Shown piece after piece: positions 20,497-29,592 of a stretch of DNA of 64,000 bases. A program made the position numbers and the translations under genes. The DNA is from Weeksellaceae bacterium (GTDB lineage: Bacteria > Bacteroidota > Bacteroidia > Flavobacteriales > Weeksellaceae): positions 2,843-66,842 of the forward strand of contig JBPCUN010000019.1 in the NCBI GenBank assembly GCA_051011115.1. The letters run 5' to 3'. The notes beneath the pieces were generated by a model. It was not told the DNA's origin. It worked only from the letters and a program-made list of their open reading frames with translations, and did no database searches. The first letter of the stretch is position 1; every line of letters begins with the position of its first letter.

Positions 20497-21321
20497 ATGA
20501 TCAATAGAATTAGAGGAAATATAAAGAAGCATTATAGAAGCGAGTATGAAAATGTTCCTGTTAGGAAGGACTTGATTAAATGGATAAACCAGTTAATTGA
20601 AACACTTTTTCCTCTAAAGATCGCACAAGATTCAGACATCGAAAGAGCACTTGTGGATAATCAAGCAAAACTATATGCCCTTATCATTCAGACCAAAATG
20701 TCTAAGGAAAAAGCGCAAGAACTTTCATCTATTTTCTATAATCACTTAGAACAAATTCATTTGGATTTAATTCAAGATGCAGAAGAATTTTTAAATAACG
20801 ATCCCGCAGCTAAATGTTTAGGAGAAGTTCTACATACTTATCCAGGCTTTTATGCTATTGCTATCTATCGTATAGCACATCAACTACATCACTCTTTGGA
20901 ATTGCCTTATATGCCTCGCATGCTTACAGAGTATGCCCATAGCAAAACGGGTATTGACATCCATCCCGCGGCAGAGATTGGAGTCCCTTTTTTGATTGAC
21001 CATGGCACTGGTGTAGTCATAGGCGAAACTTGTAAAATTGGCAAACATGTAAACATATACCAAGGGGTCACCTTAGGTGCTTTACAGGTAAAAAAAGGGA
21101 TGCAGAATTTAAAAAGACATCCCACGATAGAAGATAATGTGGTTATATATGCCAATGCAACGATATTAGGAGGTAATACAATCGTAGGGAACCATTCTAT
21201 TATAGGGGGTAATGTGTTTTTAACTAAATCTGTAGAACCTTACTCATTGGTGTTTAGCAAATCTGACACCCATATTAAAAAATTACACTCAAAAAACGAA
21301 GCAATAAATTTCATCATATGA
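20497..21321 (+). CDS. cysE: Serine O-acetyltransferase
   Basis: [37 protein letters not shown] hexapeptide repeats; overlaps cysK. Confidence 0.9.
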   Translation: MINRIRGNIKKHYRSEYENVPVRKDLIKWINQLIETLFPLKIAQDSDIERALVDNQAKLYALIIQTKMSKEKAQELSSIFYNHLEQIHLDLIQDAEEFLNNDPAAKCLGEVLHTYPGFYAIAIYRIAHQLHHSLELPYMPRMLTEYAHSKTGIDIHPAAEIGVPFLIDHGTGVVIGETCKIGKHVNIYQGVTLGALQVKKGMQNLKRHPTIEDNVVIYANATILGGNTIVGNHSIIGGNVFLTKSVEPYSLVFSKSDTHIKKLHSKNEAINFII

Positions 21322-22229
21322 TACATAATAATATTTTAAGCACAGTTGGAGATACACCAGTCGTAAGAATTAATACCTTATTTGGAACTGACGCTCAAGT
21401 ATATCTTAAATTAGAAAAGAGTAATCCTGGGGGGAGCATCAAAGATAGAATCGCTCTGCAAATGATTGAAGATGCAGAAGAAGCGGGGAAATTAAATTCT
21501 AAAAGCGTAATCATTGAACCAACCAGTGGAAACACAGGGGTAGGATTAGCTATGGTGGCGGCCGTAAAAGGTTACAAACTTATATTAGTAATGCCAGAAT
21601 CTATGTCTATTGAACGCAGGAAATTAATGTCATCTTATGGAGCTGAATTTGTTTTAACTCCGAAAGAAGGTGGAATGAAAGCTGCCATTGAAAAAGCTAA
21701 AGAGCTTGCTGCAAATAACCCTAATGCTTGGATGCCATCACAATTCGATAATCCTTCTAATATAAAAGCACATGCAGAAAATACAGCAAAAGAAATTTTA
21801 AAAGACTTCCCGAATGGTATTGATTATATTATCACCGGTGTAGGAACTGGTGGGCATATAAGTGGTGTCGCTGAAGTTTTAAAGGAAAAATGGCCTGCAT
21901 TAAAAGTATATGCCGTAGAACCTACTGATTCGCCTGTAATTAGTGGAGGTGAACCTGGAGGGCACGCTATCCAAGGAATTGGAGCAGGATTTATCCCAGA
22001 AAATTTAAAAACTGAATTACTTGATGGTAGCTTACAAGTTTCTAAAGAAGATGCCTTTAGCTATGCGAGAAGTGCTGCTACCCAAGAAGGTATTTTAGGC
22101 GGAATTTCAACAGGAGCTACTTTGGCTGCAATCGCTCAAAAACTCCCAGAAATTGAATCTGGTAAGACCATTCTAGGATTTAACTATGATACGGGAGAAA
22201 GATACCTAAGTGTAGAAGGGTTATTTTAA
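21318..22229 (+). CDS. cysK: Cysteine synthase A
   Basis: [11 protein letters not shown] (PLP lysine), [29 protein letters not shown]. Confidence 0.95.
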   Translation: MIHNNILSTVGDTPVVRINTLFGTDAQVYLKLEKSNPGGSIKDRIALQMIEDAEEAGKLNSKSVIIEPTSGNTGVGLAMVAAVKGYKLILVMPESMSIERRKLMSSYGAEFVLTPKEGGMKAAIEKAKELAANNPNAWMPSQFDNPSNIKAHAENTAKEILKDFPNGIDYIITGVGTGGHISGVAEVLKEKWPALKVYAVEPTDSPVISGGEPGGHAIQGIGAGFIPENLKTELLDGSLQVSKEDAFSYARSAATQEGILGGISTGATLAAIAQKLPEIESGKTILGFNYDTGERYLSVEGLF

Positions 22230-22248
22230 TTCAAAATTATCATTAAAT

Positions 22249-22286
22249 AAAAAGGTTCGGATAATTCAATTATCTGAACCTTTTTT
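22249..22286. terminator. Bidirectional terminator between cysK and aat
   Basis: AAAAAGGTTCGGATAATT-C-AATTATCTGAACCTTTTTT. Confidence 0.8.
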
Positions 22287-22321
22287 ATTAAAACAAGACT
22301 TTTAAATTGGATATATTTATG

Positions 22322-22954
22322 TTACGCTAAATATTTTAAATAAGCATCTCGTGGGATTAACCTAGCTCCTAATGAGGCTAAATGTTTGGTGTAAATTTGA
22401 CAATCAATAATATCTAAATCATCAGCATGTTTTTGTACGAATGAAATAAAACCAGCTTTGCTAGCATTAGATTCTTTGGCAAACATACTTTCACCGCAGA
22501 ACACACGCTTAATCCACACGCCATATAACCCTCCAACTAGCTGCTTATTCTTGTTCCAGACCTCAACACTGTGTGCTAAACCCAAATTATGTAAATGTTG
22601 GTAATAAGTGATAATTTCATCTGTAATCCATGTGCCATCTTGCCCCTCTCGAGGCATGCTTCTACAAGCTTGAATTACTTGGGCAAAATCTTGATTGTAA
22701 GTAATATGAAATATATTATCTCTGAGTACTTTTTTCATCGATTTACTTACCTTTAATTCATCTGGAAACAAGACCATGCGAGGATCTGGAGACCACCAAA
22801 TCACAGGTTCATCTTCATTATACCAAGGAAATATTCCTTTCTGATAAGCTTCTATTAATCTAGTCAAAGATAAATCGAAACTAAAGGCTAGACAACCTTG
22901 ATCATCAGCTAAGCTAACAGGGGGAAAGGGTTCATTGGGCTGTAAGAACATCAT
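22322..22954 (-). CDS. aat: Leucyl/phenylalanyl-tRNA--protein transferase
   Basis: AYQKGIFPW, WWSPDPR, AHSVEVW, GGLYG, FCGESMF, ASKAG, HLASLGA. Confidence 0.95.
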   Translation of the reverse strand: MMFLQPNEPFPPVSLADDQGCLAFSFDLSLTRLIEAYQKGIFPWYNEDEPVIWWSPDPRMVLFPDELKVSKSMKKVLRDNIFHITYNQDFAQVIQACRSMPREGQDGTWITDEIITYYQHLHNLGLAHSVEVWNKNKQLVGGLYGVWIKRVFCGESMFAKESNASKAGFISFVQKHADDLDIIDCQIYTKHLASLGARLIPRDAYLKYLA

Positions 22955-22990
22955 AAAAAAACTGCTTTATCCAAAGATAAAGCAGTTTTT
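22955..22990 (-). terminator. Intrinsic terminator after the 291-aa OmpA-domain gene
   Basis: AAAAACTGCTTTATC-CAAA-GATAAAGCAGTTTTT inverted repeat with A/T tracts. Confidence 0.8.
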
Positions 22991-23014
22991 ATAAAATCTA
23001 AGATTTACTCTATA

Positions 23015-23890
23015 TTATTTAAGAATCACTGTCATATCTACTCTTCTAGCGCCTGCCTCAGATGTTGAATGATCTTCACCTTTGAATGAAGAAACAATTC
23101 TCTCTGCAGAAATTCCCTTATCTAATAAAGCTCTTTCAACTGACTCTGATCTTCTCATAGAAAGTTGTTTGTTATAGTTAGCATTACCTCTTGGACTAGC
23201 CCAACCTTCTAATACAATAGATAGCTCTGGATATTTATTTAAAACATCCGTTACATCATTGATGTAAGATAAATCGTTTGTGCTTAGTTTATCAGAATCA
23301 TTAGCAAAGAAAACTTGCTTTTTGAAATTCTTGAATTTCGCTAATAAATCTTTTAAGGCATCCCTTCTTTCCTCAGGAGTTTTAGCATCCAAAATACGCT
23401 GTTCAAGATCAGTTAAATTACTTTTGTTTTCAGCAACATCATCTTGATATTGAGCTTTGAGTGCGTCTAACTCTCTTTGTAATTCTTGAATTCTAGCCGC
23501 GTCTGTAGCGTTTGTATTCGCAGGGACAAGGTTGCTTGATCCTGGGGTTACGATAGTAGAATTACTACCATTACCTTGAATAGCTCCGGCATGTAACATA
23601 AATAGATTATCAATTCTATCATTGATTCTATCTAGTTGATACATCACACGACTCTCATCTTGTCTTTCTAATCTATTTGTATTAACACCTCTCCTGCTAT
23701 TTTTATAAAAGCTGTTTAATTGTGCCTTTTTATTAGACCTTAATTCGCTTCTTCTAGCTTCTGCAACTTTTTCCAGAAATGAAGAAAGCTCCTCTTTGGT
23801 CATAACAACTTCACTCTCTTGCGCAAGTGCAAAAGAGGAAGTAGTTAATAGCATGATCAATGTTAAACCTAATCGTTTAATATTTTTCAT
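23015..23890 (-). CDS. Periplasmic coiled-coil protein with C-terminal OmpA-like peptidoglycan-binding domain
   Basis: Sec signal (SFALAQ), heptad-rich middle (RIQELQRELDALK), VFFANDS...EGWASPRG...NKQLSMRRSESV...ARRVD; no barrel. Confidence 0.8.
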   Translation of the reverse strand: MKNIKRLGLTLIMLLTTSSFALAQESEVVMTKEELSSFLEKVAEARRSELRSNKKAQLNSFYKNSRRGVNTNRLERQDESRVMYQLDRINDRIDNLFMLHAGAIQGNGSNSTIVTPGSSNLVPANTNATDAARIQELQRELDALKAQYQDDVAENKSNLTDLEQRILDAKTPEERRDALKDLLAKFKNFKKQVFFANDSDKLSTNDLSYINDVTDVLNKYPELSIVLEGWASPRGNANYNKQLSMRRSESVERALLDKGISAERIVSSFKGEDHSTSEAGARRVDMTVILK

Positions 23891-23911
23891 TTTAATTTTT
23901 CTAAATAATGA

Positions 23912-26125
23912 TTAAAATCCAAATTTATATCCTACTGCAATTTGATGAATGTCTACAAAACCTCTCGCTGTGTAATCAGCATATAAGTTTCCACCAAGAA
24001 CATCAAATGAAGTACCTATGATAATATTTGGCCCAAATTTGTCTGTATCACCAATGCTGTTGTATCCAACACCTACACCTAAATAAGGCTCTACGAAAGC
24101 TCCACTTGATAATTGATCAAATGTATAAAGTGCATTCGCATTAATACCAAATCCAGATTCAGATGATGGTGATAAATAAATATCTGGCATAAACTTTAAA
24201 GAAGTATTGGTAATTGAATAATGTCCTCTAATACCTATGATTGGTGCAGTATCATCTCCAAATCCAGCTCCTCCAAAGATAGACATACCTTCATACAAGA
24301 ATAATCCTTTAGATATTGCTTGCTTCTCTCTATTATCATCATCCACAGTTGTTACTACTTGTGGTTGTGTAGTAGTCTGTACTGGTTGAGTATCAGTTGT
24401 AGTAGTAGTACCAGTAGCACCATTCACAACTACAGTCTTGTCTGTACTTTCAACACCGTTGATGCGATCTATTCTATTAGCATTACGATCAACTTTAGCG
24501 TTTAATTCTCTTAATTCATCAAGAATTCTTTGAGATGTTTGGTCTGGAACGTTAGAAGATCTGTTCATATTATTATTGCTATTAGACTCTAATAATAACA
24601 TCTCTAATCTATCTATACGCTCTTGGTCGCTTACTCTACTTTCTTCTTCGTCAACACCTTTGATGACTTTTTCTACAAGACTTTCTAATTCTTGTGGTGT
24701 CATTCTAATTCTAGAAGAATCTGCACTAGGAATTGATTTTTCTTCTAATGCTCTCTTTTCTTTAATAACCTCAACTGCTTTATCAGCATCGTTAGTTCTG
24801 TAAGCTTCTTGTAATTCTTTTTCTAATTCATCAATTCTATCTTGATAAACTGAAGTTCTAGCACCTAATTCCTGATTTATATAAGCATCCTCATTAGCAT
24901 TTTTACCAAATTGAAGTCTAATTCCTGCATTATACATGGTATGTTGCTTTAACTCATCTGGGCTAGTGATTTTATCATAATCTTCTTCATCACGACTAGA
25001 GGTGTACATCAAGTTCGCTGCACCAAATAACTCTAAGTTTTTAGTTACAGGAACTGTTAATCCTAGACCACCTTTTGCAAAGTAACCAGACTCATCTGCA
25101 GGATTAGATAAATTTCCTTCCTCCCCTTTGTAACCATCATATACATTTAAATAACCACCACCTAAGGTAATGTAAGGAACTAGTCCTCTAGAAACATTTA
25201 ATTTTGCAATTAAATCTCCACCATAGATAGCCATTTTATCCCAATCTGTAGAAATTTCTTCATCTTCAGTAGATTGGTAATAGAAACCTCTTAAACCAAT
25301 GTATTGATTTAAATCAAAACCAGCTTGACCTCCTAACAGATATGTATCTCTTAAATTAGCATCATCATCAAAGTTGATGTAAGCCATACCAGGTTCTATG
25401 CTTAATTTTAAACCACTTAATCCTCCAGAGAATTTTCTATAATATGCTCTATCTAAATCAGTCATTTCACCAGGCTCTCTACCACCTAGGTACATTTGTA
25501 AACCAGCTAAAACAGACCAGTTGTACATTCTTGTTTTATCATCATCTCCTAACCATTCTTGTAAATCTTCATTTTCATCAGGGTTTGGAGTATATAGGAT
25601 ATTCGTAGGGTTTAAATTAAATACAGTGTTTTTACCTTCTACATTTAAAGTTAATCTATCTCCTAAATTAACTTTAACACCTAAACCTCCAGAAGCATAA
25701 ACTTGTTCAGATTTTTGATTTAAACCGCTTCCACCGTAGTTTTCAACTTTCAACTTTTGAACCCCAGAACCTAAAGTAAGATATGGAGCAAAAGAACCAC
25801 CTGTAGGAATGTTAGCTTTCATTTCCCCACCAATTCTTTCTACTTCAACATCTCTTTCCTCAAATTTATCTTGGTCTATCCAATCAAATTCAGATGCCGT
25901 ACTTTTTAAATCTACAGATTTCTCATAAGTACCTCTTAATTCAAATGCCTCACCAAATCCAAATCCAACTCTACCACCAACCATCAGACCATCGTCTATA
26001 GCTGCATCTTTATCAAACCAATTATAACTGGCTGTAGGTTGTAATGTCACACTGATGTCACTTACTTGAGCACTTGCCTGAATTCCAGCAAAGGCCAAAG
26101 CTGACAAAATAACTGTTTTCTTCAT
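23912..26125 (-). CDS. Outer membrane protein with three predicted beta-barrel domains and an internal coiled coil
   Basis: Signal peptide; three OmpA/OmpW-like segments each with PY(L/I)xxGxG and a terminal strand (LQMYLG, IRLQFG, VGYKFGF); charged helical region between the 2nd and 3rd. Confidence 0.7.
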   Translation of the reverse strand: MKKTVILSALAFAGIQASAQVSDISVTLQPTASYNWFDKDAAIDDGLMVGGRVGFGFGEAFELRGTYEKSVDLKSTASEFDWIDQDKFEERDVEVERIGGEMKANIPTGGSFAPYLTLGSGVQKLKVENYGGSGLNQKSEQVYASGGLGVKVNLGDRLTLNVEGKNTVFNLNPTNILYTPNPDENEDLQEWLGDDDKTRMYNWSVLAGLQMYLGGREPGEMTDLDRAYYRKFSGGLSGLKLSIEPGMAYINFDDDANLRDTYLLGGQAGFDLNQYIGLRGFYYQSTEDEEISTDWDKMAIYGGDLIAKLNVSRGLVPYITLGGGYLNVYDGYKGEEGNLSNPADESGYFAKGGLGLTVPVTKNLELFGAANLMYTSSRDEEDYDKITSPDELKQHTMYNAGIRLQFGKNANEDAYINQELGARTSVYQDRIDELEKELQEAYRTNDADKAVEVIKEKRALEEKSIPSADSSRIRMTPQELESLVEKVIKGVDEEESRVSDQERIDRLEMLLLESNSNNNMNRSSNVPDQTSQRILDELRELNAKVDRNANRIDRINGVESTDKTVVVNGATGTTTTTDTQPVQTTTQPQVVTTVDDDNREKQAISKGLFLYEGMSIFGGAGFGDDTAPIIGIRGHYSITNTSLKFMPDIYLSPSSESGFGINANALYTFDQLSSGAFVEPYLGVGVGYNSIGDTDKFGPNIIIGTSFDVLGGNLYADYTARGFVDIHQIAVGYKFGF

Positions 26126-26219
26126 ACTACAATGTTTAATTAATTTCTATTTAATTTGTTAAAAAGATGCAAAACAAATGCCACACCTTCCAATTTTACT
26201 TTTTATTTTGATAATTTAA

Positions 26220-26618
26220 CTAAAAGGGAAGATCATCCACATCATCTTCACTAGCCGATAAGTCATTTACCTGTGAGCTAGAAAAACTCTCTGCACCAGA
26301 CGCTCCACTATCAACGCTCCCGCTACCTGGTTGTATGTTTTCTACATTTATCTTTTCTACTCTCCACCCTACAATAGAATTAAAATATTTTACAACTCCC
26401 TCTGGGTTCGTCCACTCACGACCTCGAAGGTTGATAGAAACTTTCACTTGATCTCCTATATTGAGGCTATCAGGTATCTCAGTTTTTTCTTGTAAAAACT
26501 CTATTGCAATGGGTTGTGGATACTGTTCATCCGTAGTAACAACCATTTCTCTTTTTTTGAACCCACTCTGAAAGGTTTGAGTATCAAATATTTTGGTAAC
26601 TTTTCCTATTATTTCCAT
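26220..26618 (-). CDS. DUF3127 family protein (OB-fold, SSB-like acidic tail)
   Basis: MEIIGKV...FKKREMVV...QYPQ...INLRGREW...YFNSIVGW, ending DDVDDLPF. Confidence 0.85.
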   Translation of the reverse strand: MEIIGKVTKIFDTQTFQSGFKKREMVVTTDEQYPQPIAIEFLQEKTEIPDSLNIGDQVKVSINLRGREWTNPEGVVKYFNSIVGWRVEKINVENIQPGSGSVDSGASGAESFSSSQVNDLSASEDDVDDLPF

Positions 26619-26633
26619 GATAAATATTTGCTA

Positions 26634-26641
26634 CAAAGATA
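26634..26641 (-). promoter_or_regulatory. Bacteroidota sigma-A -7 element for the DUF3127 gene
   Basis: TATCTTTG on the minus strand, 16 nt before the ATG; matches TAnnTTTG. Confidence 0.55.
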
Positions 26642-26666
26642 CATTATAATGAAGTGAAAAAAAATC

Positions 26667-26698
26667 TTTGCTAGGATATAAATTTAATCATATATTTG
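26667..26698 (+). promoter_or_regulatory. Bacteroidota -33/-7 promoter of tRNA-Leu
   Basis: TTTG (26667-26670), 20-nt spacer, TATATTTG (26691-26698). Confidence 0.7.
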
Positions 26699-26719
26699 CA
26701 ATCCATTACAAAAATATTT

Positions 26720-26801
26720 GCGGGTGTGGTGGAATTGGTAGACATGCTAGACTTAGGATCTAGTGCTTTACGGCGTGGGGGTTCGAGTCCCTTCACCCGC
26801 A
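26720..26801 (+). tRNA. tRNA-Leu (anticodon TAG)
   Basis: Acceptor GCGGGTG/CACCCGC+A, D-arm GGAATTGGTAGAC, anticodon arm CTAGA-CTTAGGA-TCTAG, long variable arm, GGTTCGAGTCC T-arm; CCA not encoded. Confidence 0.96.
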
Positions 26802-26805
26802 CTAT

Positions 26806-26842
26806 AAAGGCTTAAATCATTTATTTGATTTAAGCCTTTTTT
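26806..26842 (+). terminator. Terminator after tRNA-Leu
   Basis: AAAGGCTTAAATCA-TTTATT-TGATTTAAGCCTTT plus T-tract. Confidence 0.85.
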
Positions 26843-26875
26843 ATTTACCTTTACTTTTATTAAATTAAAAAACCC

Positions 26876-27574
26876 ATGGAGATCTCCATTGTCAATCTTA
26901 CTAAAAACTTCGGACAATCAATTGCTCTTAATCAAATTTCTTTACAAATAAAACAGGGTGACGTAATAGGCTTACTTGGACCTAATGGGGCTGGAAAGTC
27001 TACCCTGATGAAATGTCTTGTGGGTAGCTTAAAACCAAATAGTGGTTATATAAAAATTGGTGATTACGATGTACAAAATAACCCTCTAGAAACTAAAAAA
27101 CTCATAGGATATCTTCCAGAAAACAATCCATTATATACAGAAATGTACATTAAGGAATATTTAGAATTTGTAGCAAACATAAGAGGGTTAAATAATCAAA
27201 AGATAGATGAAGTTATAGAAAAAGTCGGTTTATCTCCTGAAAAATCTAAAAAAATTAAAGCTTTATCTAAAGGCTATAAGCAACGGGTTGGTTTAGCACA
27301 AGCTATTATTCACCAACCAGAGATATTAATCTTAGATGAACCTACCAACGGTCTTGACCCTAATCAAATCATAGAAATTAGGTCTTTGATTAAAGAAGTT
27401 GGCTACAATAAAACGATAATTTTAAGTACCCATATCATGCAAGAGGTTGCGGCTTTATGTACACGTGTCGTTTTATTAAACCATGGCAAGATATTAGCAA
27501 ATCAATCAATAGAGGCCTTCAAAGGGAATTATGAATCTCTAGAAGATGCTTTCCACCAGTTAACACAAAAATAA
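26876..27574 (+). CDS. ABC transporter ATP-binding protein, GldA-like
   Basis: GPNGAGKST, GYLPENNPLY, LSKGYKQRVGLAQA, ILDEPT, STHIMQEV. Shorter than a typical GldA and no adjacent permease. Confidence 0.8.
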   Translation: MEISIVNLTKNFGQSIALNQISLQIKQGDVIGLLGPNGAGKSTLMKCLVGSLKPNSGYIKIGDYDVQNNPLETKKLIGYLPENNPLYTEMYIKEYLEFVANIRGLNNQKIDEVIEKVGLSPEKSKKIKALSKGYKQRVGLAQAIIHQPEILILDEPTNGLDPNQIIEIRSLIKEVGYNKTIILSTHIMQEVAALCTRVVLLNHGKILANQSIEAFKGNYESLEDAFHQLTQK

Positions 27575-27576
27575 AT

Positions 27577-29592
27577 ATGATGAAAACTTCTGCAGGAACG
27601 CCATCCCCATTAGGAGCTACTATTATAGATGGAGGTGTTAATTTTTCTGTATTCTCACCCAATGCACAAAAAGTTGAACTTTTATTATTTGATTCTGTTA
27701 CAGATGAAAAACCAAAGGTAATTACATTAGATAATAATATTCATAGGTCTTATTATTATTGGCACATCTTTGTGGATGGTCTAAAGGAAAACCAATTATA
27801 TGGTTACCGTGTTTATGGAACTTATAACCCGATAGAAGGTAATTGGTTTGATGACTCTAAAGTATTGGTGGATCCATATGCCAAAGCGATTGTAGGAGAA
27901 TATGATCGAGAACTGGCTCAAGTTTATGGTGCAGATAACATTCATAGTTGTTTAAAAAGTGTGGTAATCTCTAATGACTTTGATTGGGAAGATGATCACT
28001 TTTTAAACCACCCGCCTACAAGCACATTAATCTATGAAATGCACCTCTCTGGATTTACGAAAAATCCAAATGCAGGTCTTTCTGATCATGTACGAGGCAC
28101 CTACATTGGCCTTATAGAAAAAATACCATATTTGAAAAGTTTGGGTGTTACAGCAGTAGAACTTTTGCCAGTATATGCCTTTGATGAACAAGATGCGCCC
28201 AATGACAACTTAAATTATTGGGGTTACTCCCCTATCAATTTTTTCGCCTTACATGCGGCTTATGCTTCAGAATCAGAACCTCAAAAAATCATTAATGAGT
28301 TCAAAACGTTGGTAAAGACATTACATGCTAATGACATTGAGGTGATTTTAGATGTGGTATATAATCACACCACAGAGAATGATGGCTTTAGAGATGGTCC
28401 AACTTTGTGCCTAAGAGGTTTTGCAAATAGCTCGTACTATCTATTAGATGAAGATGGAGCCTTTCGTAATTATTCGGGAACGGGTAACACTTTAAATGCC
28501 AACCACTCTGTGGTACGTAGAATGATCATGGATTCTCTGCGCTATTGGAAAAATGAAATGCATGTGGACGGCTTCAGATTTGACCTCGCCTCTATTCTAT
28601 CTAGAGATGAAACTGGAAAACCAATAGAGAACCCACCGATTTTATGGAGTATAGACTCTGACCCCGTATTAGCTAATACCAAAATTATTGCAGAACCATG
28701 GGATGCTACTGGGCTTTACCAAATGGTAAACTTTGCCGGAGATCGTTGGGATATCTGGAACGATGATTATAGAGACACAGTGCGCAAGTTGGTACGTGGT
28801 GATAAGGGACAGATACAATCATTTGCCACCAGATTTCTAGGGAGTGAATTTGAAATCCAAGCAAGACACGTGGCCTTTAAACCTCATCAAAACATACACT
28901 TTATTACTTGTCATGATGGCTTTACCCTACATGATTTAGTTTCTTACAATCACAAACACAACCATGCCAATGGTGAAAAAAATAGAGATGGCAATAGTAA
29001 TAATTATAGTTGGAACTGTGGTGTTGAAGGACCCACGAATGATCCGAAAATTAATACACTACGCTACCAACAAGCTAAAAACTTCATGGCCATACTGTTA
29101 CTTTCTCATGGTACTCCTATGCTCAACATGGGAGATGAAGTGATGAGAGAACAAAAGGGAAATAACAATGTGTATTGCCAAGACAACCCTTTGGCGTGGA
29201 TGAACTGGGAATTTAGTTCAAGGGCAGAGGATTTCTTGTCATTTACAAAGAGTCTGATACAATTTAGAAAATCATATCAACTATTTGATTATGCTGATTA
29301 TTTGCAAAAAGCGAAGGATACTACTAAACCTTATGTACTATATCATGGCGTACGTTTACACCATCCTGACTGGTCTTTCCCATCCCGTTCATTAGCCATA
29401 GAAATGGTACATCCTACGGCAGGAGAGCATTTATATTTTATCTTTAATCTATACCATAAAGATTTAATCTTTCAATTACCGAAAGGTGCTTGGGTAGAAA
29501 AGATTAACACTAGTTTAAACGAAAAAAGGGTATTTAGAGATGAATTGAAATGTGCTGCTAGAAGTATTATGGTATTAGAAAGGGAGGATTAA
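27577..29592 (+). CDS. glgX: Glycogen debranching enzyme/isoamylase (GH13)
   Basis: PLGAT...GVNFSVFS, NYWGYSP, DVVYNHT, DGFRFDLAS, AEPWD, TCHDGFTLHDLVSYN. Confidence 0.92.
   Translation: MMKTSAGTPSPLGATIIDGGVNFSVFSPNAQKVELLLFDSVTDEKPKVITLDNNIHRSYYYWHIFVDGLKENQLYGYRVYGTYNPIEGNWFDDSKVLVDPYAKAIVGEYDRELAQVYGADNIHSCLKSVVISNDFDWEDDHFLNHPPTSTLIYEMHLSGFTKNPNAGLSDHVRGTYIGLIEKIPYLKSLGVTAVELLPVYAFDEQDAPNDNLNYWGYSPINFFALHAAYASESEPQKIINEFKTLVKTLHANDIEVILDVVYNHTTENDGFRDGPTLCLRGFANSSYYLLDEDGAFRNYSGTGNTLNANHSVVRRMIMDSLRYWKNEMHVDGFRFDLASILSRDETGKPIENPPILWSIDSDPVLANTKIIAEPWDATGLYQMVNFAGDRWDIWNDDYRDTVRKLVRGDKGQIQSFATRFLGSEFEIQARHVAFKPHQNIHFITCHDGFTLHDLVSYNHKHNHANGEKNRDGNSNNYSWNCGVEGPTNDPKINTLRYQQAKNFMAILLLSHGTPMLNMGDEVMREQKGNNNVYCQDNPLAWMNWEFSSRAEDFLSFTKSLIQFRKSYQLFDYADYLQKAKDTTKPYVLYHGVRLHHPDWSFPSRSLAIEMVHPTAGEHLYFIFNLYHKDLIFQLPKGAWVEKINTSLNEKRVFRDELKCAARSIMVLERED

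Noticed and set aside
26720-26842. tRNA-Leu as an island integration site
   Set aside because: No integrase and no duplicated tRNA 3' end seen in the window; the flanking genes are ordinary.
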